A stretch of 64,000 nucleotides of DNA, taken from a marine group bacterium Sva0996 bin134. Lineage in GTDB: Bacteria > Actinomycetota > Acidimicrobiia > Acidimicrobiales > Bin134. The position numbers and the translations under genes were made by a program. Below are positions 61,623 to 64,000 of this stretch, piece by piece. The notes under the pieces are model-generated. The model saw nothing but the letters and a program-made list of their open reading frames with translations, was not told the DNA's origin and searched no databases. The stretch spans positions 2,595-66,594 of the forward strand of contig MPNQ01000006.1 in assembly GCA_002239105.1 (NCBI GenBank). Reading direction: 5' to 3'. The stretch's first letter is position 1. Each line of letters starts with the position of its first letter.

Positions 61623-62552
61623 CTAATCGACCGGCGGGCTCTCGATCAGCTCCACGCAGGTGCCGTCGGGGTCCTCGAAGAACAGAGCCCGGAGGTCGGA
61701 CGGCAGCCCAGGGCCCATCTCCAGCGCCACCGGCGGGGAGTAGCAGGTGACCCCGGCATCCACCAGCGCGGCATAGTCCCGGCCGATGTCGTCGGTGAGC
61801 AGCGCCATGCGGAAAATGCCCAACTCGTTTGCCTTCCGACGGGCGCTGCCGGTGGGCTGAGGCTGCTTCCATTCCACCAAGTCGAGAATGAAGCCAGATG
61901 GCTTGGCTCCGGGGGCGCCGATGAACCAGGCATCCCAGGCAACGTCCCCGTCCACTCGGAACCCAGCACCAGGCTGGAACTCAGTTGGACAGGAGCGGAT
62001 GCGGGCGTCCAGCCCGAGCACGTCGTAGTAGAAGTGGCGGGACCGCTCCAGATCGGAGCAGTTCACGTTGACATGGGCCAGGCGAGTGCTGTCGGCCTGC
62101 ACGAATTGCACCGCAGTGCCGTCGGGATCTGAGCACACGAACAGCTCAGGGGCGGCCATTCCCTCAGCCCCCAAGTTGACCCGCACTGGGGGCGACCACA
62201 CGTCGTGTCCCGCCTCGGTGAGACGGTGGTGCAGCCCGGCCAAGTCGTCAGTGAGGATGCACAGCCGGGCAAAGCCCAACTCGGTGACCGACGCTGGGGG
62301 CGACCCCGACGGCCGTGGCACCTGCCACTCCAACAAGTCCAGCACTACCCCGCCGGGAGCGTCGTCTCCAGCCATGATCCAAGCGTCCCACTGCACCTCG
62401 TCCAACCCGAACGCCCCACCCGGCTGAGGCCGCTCCGGCCGAGTGCGAACCGTCGTCTTCAACCCAACCAAGTCCCGGTAAAAGCCCAGCGACCGCTCCA
62501 AATCAGAGCAATTCACATTGACATGAAAAAACCGCAACGGCCCCACAGACAT
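61623..62552 (-). CDS. Two-domain VOC (glyoxalase/bleomycin-resistance/dioxygenase) family protein
   Basis: Duplicated FFHVNVNCSDLERSLGFY / LAHVNVNCSDLERSRHFY modules. The start is ATG 62552 or GTG 62591. Confidence 0.75.
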   Translation of the reverse strand: MSVGPLRFFHVNVNCSDLERSLGFYRDLVGLKTTVRTRPERPQPGGAFGLDEVQWDAWIMAGDDAPGGVVLDLLEWQVPRPSGSPPASVTELGFARLCILTDDLAGLHHRLTEAGHDVWSPPVRVNLGAEGMAAPELFVCSDPDGTAVQFVQADSTRLAHVNVNCSDLERSRHFYYDVLGLDARIRSCPTEFQPGAGFRVDGDVAWDAWFIGAPGAKPSGFILDLVEWKQPQPTGSARRKANELGIFRMALLTDDIGRDYAALVDAGVTCYSPPVALEMGPGLPSDLRALFFEDPDGTCVELIESPPVD

Positions 62553-62619
62553 GGGACGTTGACTACCACACCCATGACCAACAATCCCCACCGCGAATAA
62601 GGGATGTCGATCAGACCGA

Positions 62620-63024
62620 TCAGCCCTTGATGGTGAGGAGCTCTAGGAGGTTGCCGTCGGGGTCGCGGAAGTAGACGGACTGGCCGCGTTCGCCGTTGCT
62701 GGCGGGGCGAGGGGCGGGGCCTTCGATGACTTCGATGCCGTGTTCGGCAAGGTGGGCCTGGGCTTCAGCAATGGTTGCGCCCCAGCGGAAGCACAGGTCT
62801 ACCGAGCCCGGGGTGGGGAGGCGGGCGTGGGGGGAGGCCGGGGCGGCGCCGGGATGCACATTGATGCGGTTGGCCCCCACCTGCATCATCACGATCGGCA
62901 TCTTGCCGGCCCGGAACTCCTCCAGGTACATGGGTTCCGCCCCCAGTACCTCGCCGTAGAAGGCCACGGTGGTTTCCACGTCGGCCACAGTGATGGCCAG
63001 ATGGTCGAATCCCTCAACGCTCAT
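62620..63024 (-). CDS. VOC/glyoxalase-family protein
   Basis: FDHLAITVADVETTVAFYGEVLGA; 134 aa. Confidence 0.75.
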   Translation of the reverse strand: MSVEGFDHLAITVADVETTVAFYGEVLGAEPMYLEEFRAGKMPIVMMQVGANRINVHPGAAPASPHARLPTPGSVDLCFRWGATIAEAQAHLAEHGIEVIEGPAPRPASNGERGQSVYFRDPDGNLLELLTIKG

Positions 63025-63776
63025 GATGTCTCCGTTCGCAAGGGGATACCCGCGGTGGAGCCCCCGTCGATGATGTACTCGTGGCCTGTCTGGTACGACG
63101 CCGCTTCCGACACCAGATAGCAGGCCAGATCGGCCACCTCGGAGGCCACCCCCGCCCGTTGGAGAGGCACATGGCCGAATAGCTCCGGACGGCCGTGGCG
63201 ATCAGCCGACAACATGGCGGTCTCGATCGGGCCGGGGTGGATGGAGTTCACCCTGATCCCCTTGGGCCCCAGCTCAATGGCCGCCACCTTGGTTAGCCCC
63301 CGCACCGCCCACTTGGTGCCACCGTAGGCCGCGTGGAGGGGGATCCCCTCCATTCCCGCAATCGACGAGATGTTGACAATGCCCCCGCCGCCGGCCTCGG
63401 CCATGGGATCGGCCACGGTCTGGATGCCCAGAAACGTGCCCAGGTAGTTCACTTGCCAGATCCGGTGCAGGCTCTCGGGGGTCTCGTCGGCAATGGAGGC
63501 GGTCCAGTGGACAGCGGCGTTGTTCACCAGTGCCCGCAGCGGTCCCCGCTCCACCGCGGCGGCCACCACCCGAGTCCAGTCGTCGGGCGAGGACACATCG
63601 TGGCGCAGGTATAGAGCCTGGTCCCCCAGATCAGCGGCCACCGCCTCCCCCTGCTCGTCGAGCACGTCGCCCATCACCACGAATGCACCCTCGGCTACGA
63701 ATTTCCGGGCCTCGGCCTCGCCCTGGCCCCGGGCCGCTCCGGTAACTATCGCTACTCGTCCGTCAAGACATCCCAT
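63021..63776 (-). CDS. SDR-family oxidoreductase (hydroxysteroid dehydrogenase-like)
   Basis: GRVAIVTGAARGQGEA; YGGTKWA. Confidence 0.85.
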   Translation of the reverse strand: MGCLDGRVAIVTGAARGQGEAEARKFVAEGAFVVMGDVLDEQGEAVAADLGDQALYLRHDVSSPDDWTRVVAAAVERGPLRALVNNAAVHWTASIADETPESLHRIWQVNYLGTFLGIQTVADPMAEAGGGGIVNISSIAGMEGIPLHAAYGGTKWAVRGLTKVAAIELGPKGIRVNSIHPGPIETAMLSADRHGRPELFGHVPLQRAGVASEVADLACYLVSEAASYQTGHEYIIDGGSTAGIPLRTETS

Positions 63777-63829
63777 GAGGGATGTTCTAGCCGATCAGCT
63801 CACTGCGGCTGGGAGTAGTGTTCTCAGCC

Positions 63830-64000
63830 ATGCCATACCCGCAATCAGTCCTTGACATAGCCGCCCGCATCAACAACTGGGGGCGATGGGGAGAAGACGA
63901 CCAGATCGGCACGCTCAACTTCCTCACTGACGAGGTGGTGAAGGAGGCCGCCCTATGCATCCGCACCGGCAAGCGCATCTCGCTGGCTTATCCCCTGCAC
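63830..64000 (+). CDS. Cyclase-family protein (kynurenine-formamidase-like), N-terminal 57 codons; runs off the right edge
   Basis: My translation from ATG 63830 is MPYPQSVLDIAARINNWGRWGEDDQIGTLNFLTDEVVKEAALCIRTGKRISLAYPLH. The NWGRWG..DQ.GTLN motif is typical of this family. Confidence 0.6.
   Translation, partial: MPYPQSVLDIAARINNWGRWGEDDQIGTLNFLTDEVVKEAALCIRTGKRISLAYPLH

Noticed and set aside
1-64000. Search for CRISPR arrays, rRNA/tRNA genes, IS elements, integrases/recombinases and prophage genes
   Set aside because: I saw no regularly spaced repeats, no RNA-gene signatures in the few intergenic regions, and no ORF with transposase or integrase motifs. Island mobility can therefore only be inferred from the helicase ghost fragment and compositional shifts.

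Overview
High-GC, actinobacterial-type chromosomal segment with many GTG/TTG starts and 1-4 nt stop/start overlaps. It has two very different halves.

(1) Positions 1-22731 form a composite defense island. Its backbone is a three-gene, minus-strand, methylase-centred system: an SNF2 helicase with a DUF3883-like nuclease tail (19195-22731), a DUF1156 DNA methyltransferase (1761-4523), and a HEPN-fused DUF499 ATPase (<1-830, missing from the ORF track). This backbone is physically split by nested cargo:
- an antisense PIN/VapC toxin-antitoxin cassette;
- a translationally coupled 138-aa + 1470-aa pair, the larger protein nuclease-like and lacking a P-loop;
- a nuclease-dead short prokaryotic Argonaute (MID-PIWI only) with no APAZ/effector partner gene;
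- an AAA_21 ATPase + RloB (TOPRIM-like) pair;
- a decayed ghost copy of the helicase 3' end;
- a 1384-aa Mrr-like-nuclease/STAND NTPase;
- a decayed HigB/HigA-like cassette.

(2) Positions 22755-64000 are densely packed core lipid/steroid-type catabolism:
- an IpdA/IpdB/IpdC-like trio;
- two adjacent large+small acyl-CoA dehydrogenase pairs;
- a thiolase-like Ltp plus a DUF35 protein;
- three family III CoA-transferases;
- many SDRs, a P450, and an acyl-CoA synthetase.

This half also carries two more VapBC cassettes, an anomalously low-GC MFS transporter gene, a perfect 35-bp tandem duplication at a gene junction, and paralogous Cys-motif lipoproteins.

I saw no rRNA, tRNA, CRISPR array, integrase or transposase. 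Many long ORFs in the track are antisense or off-frame artefacts of the high GC content.
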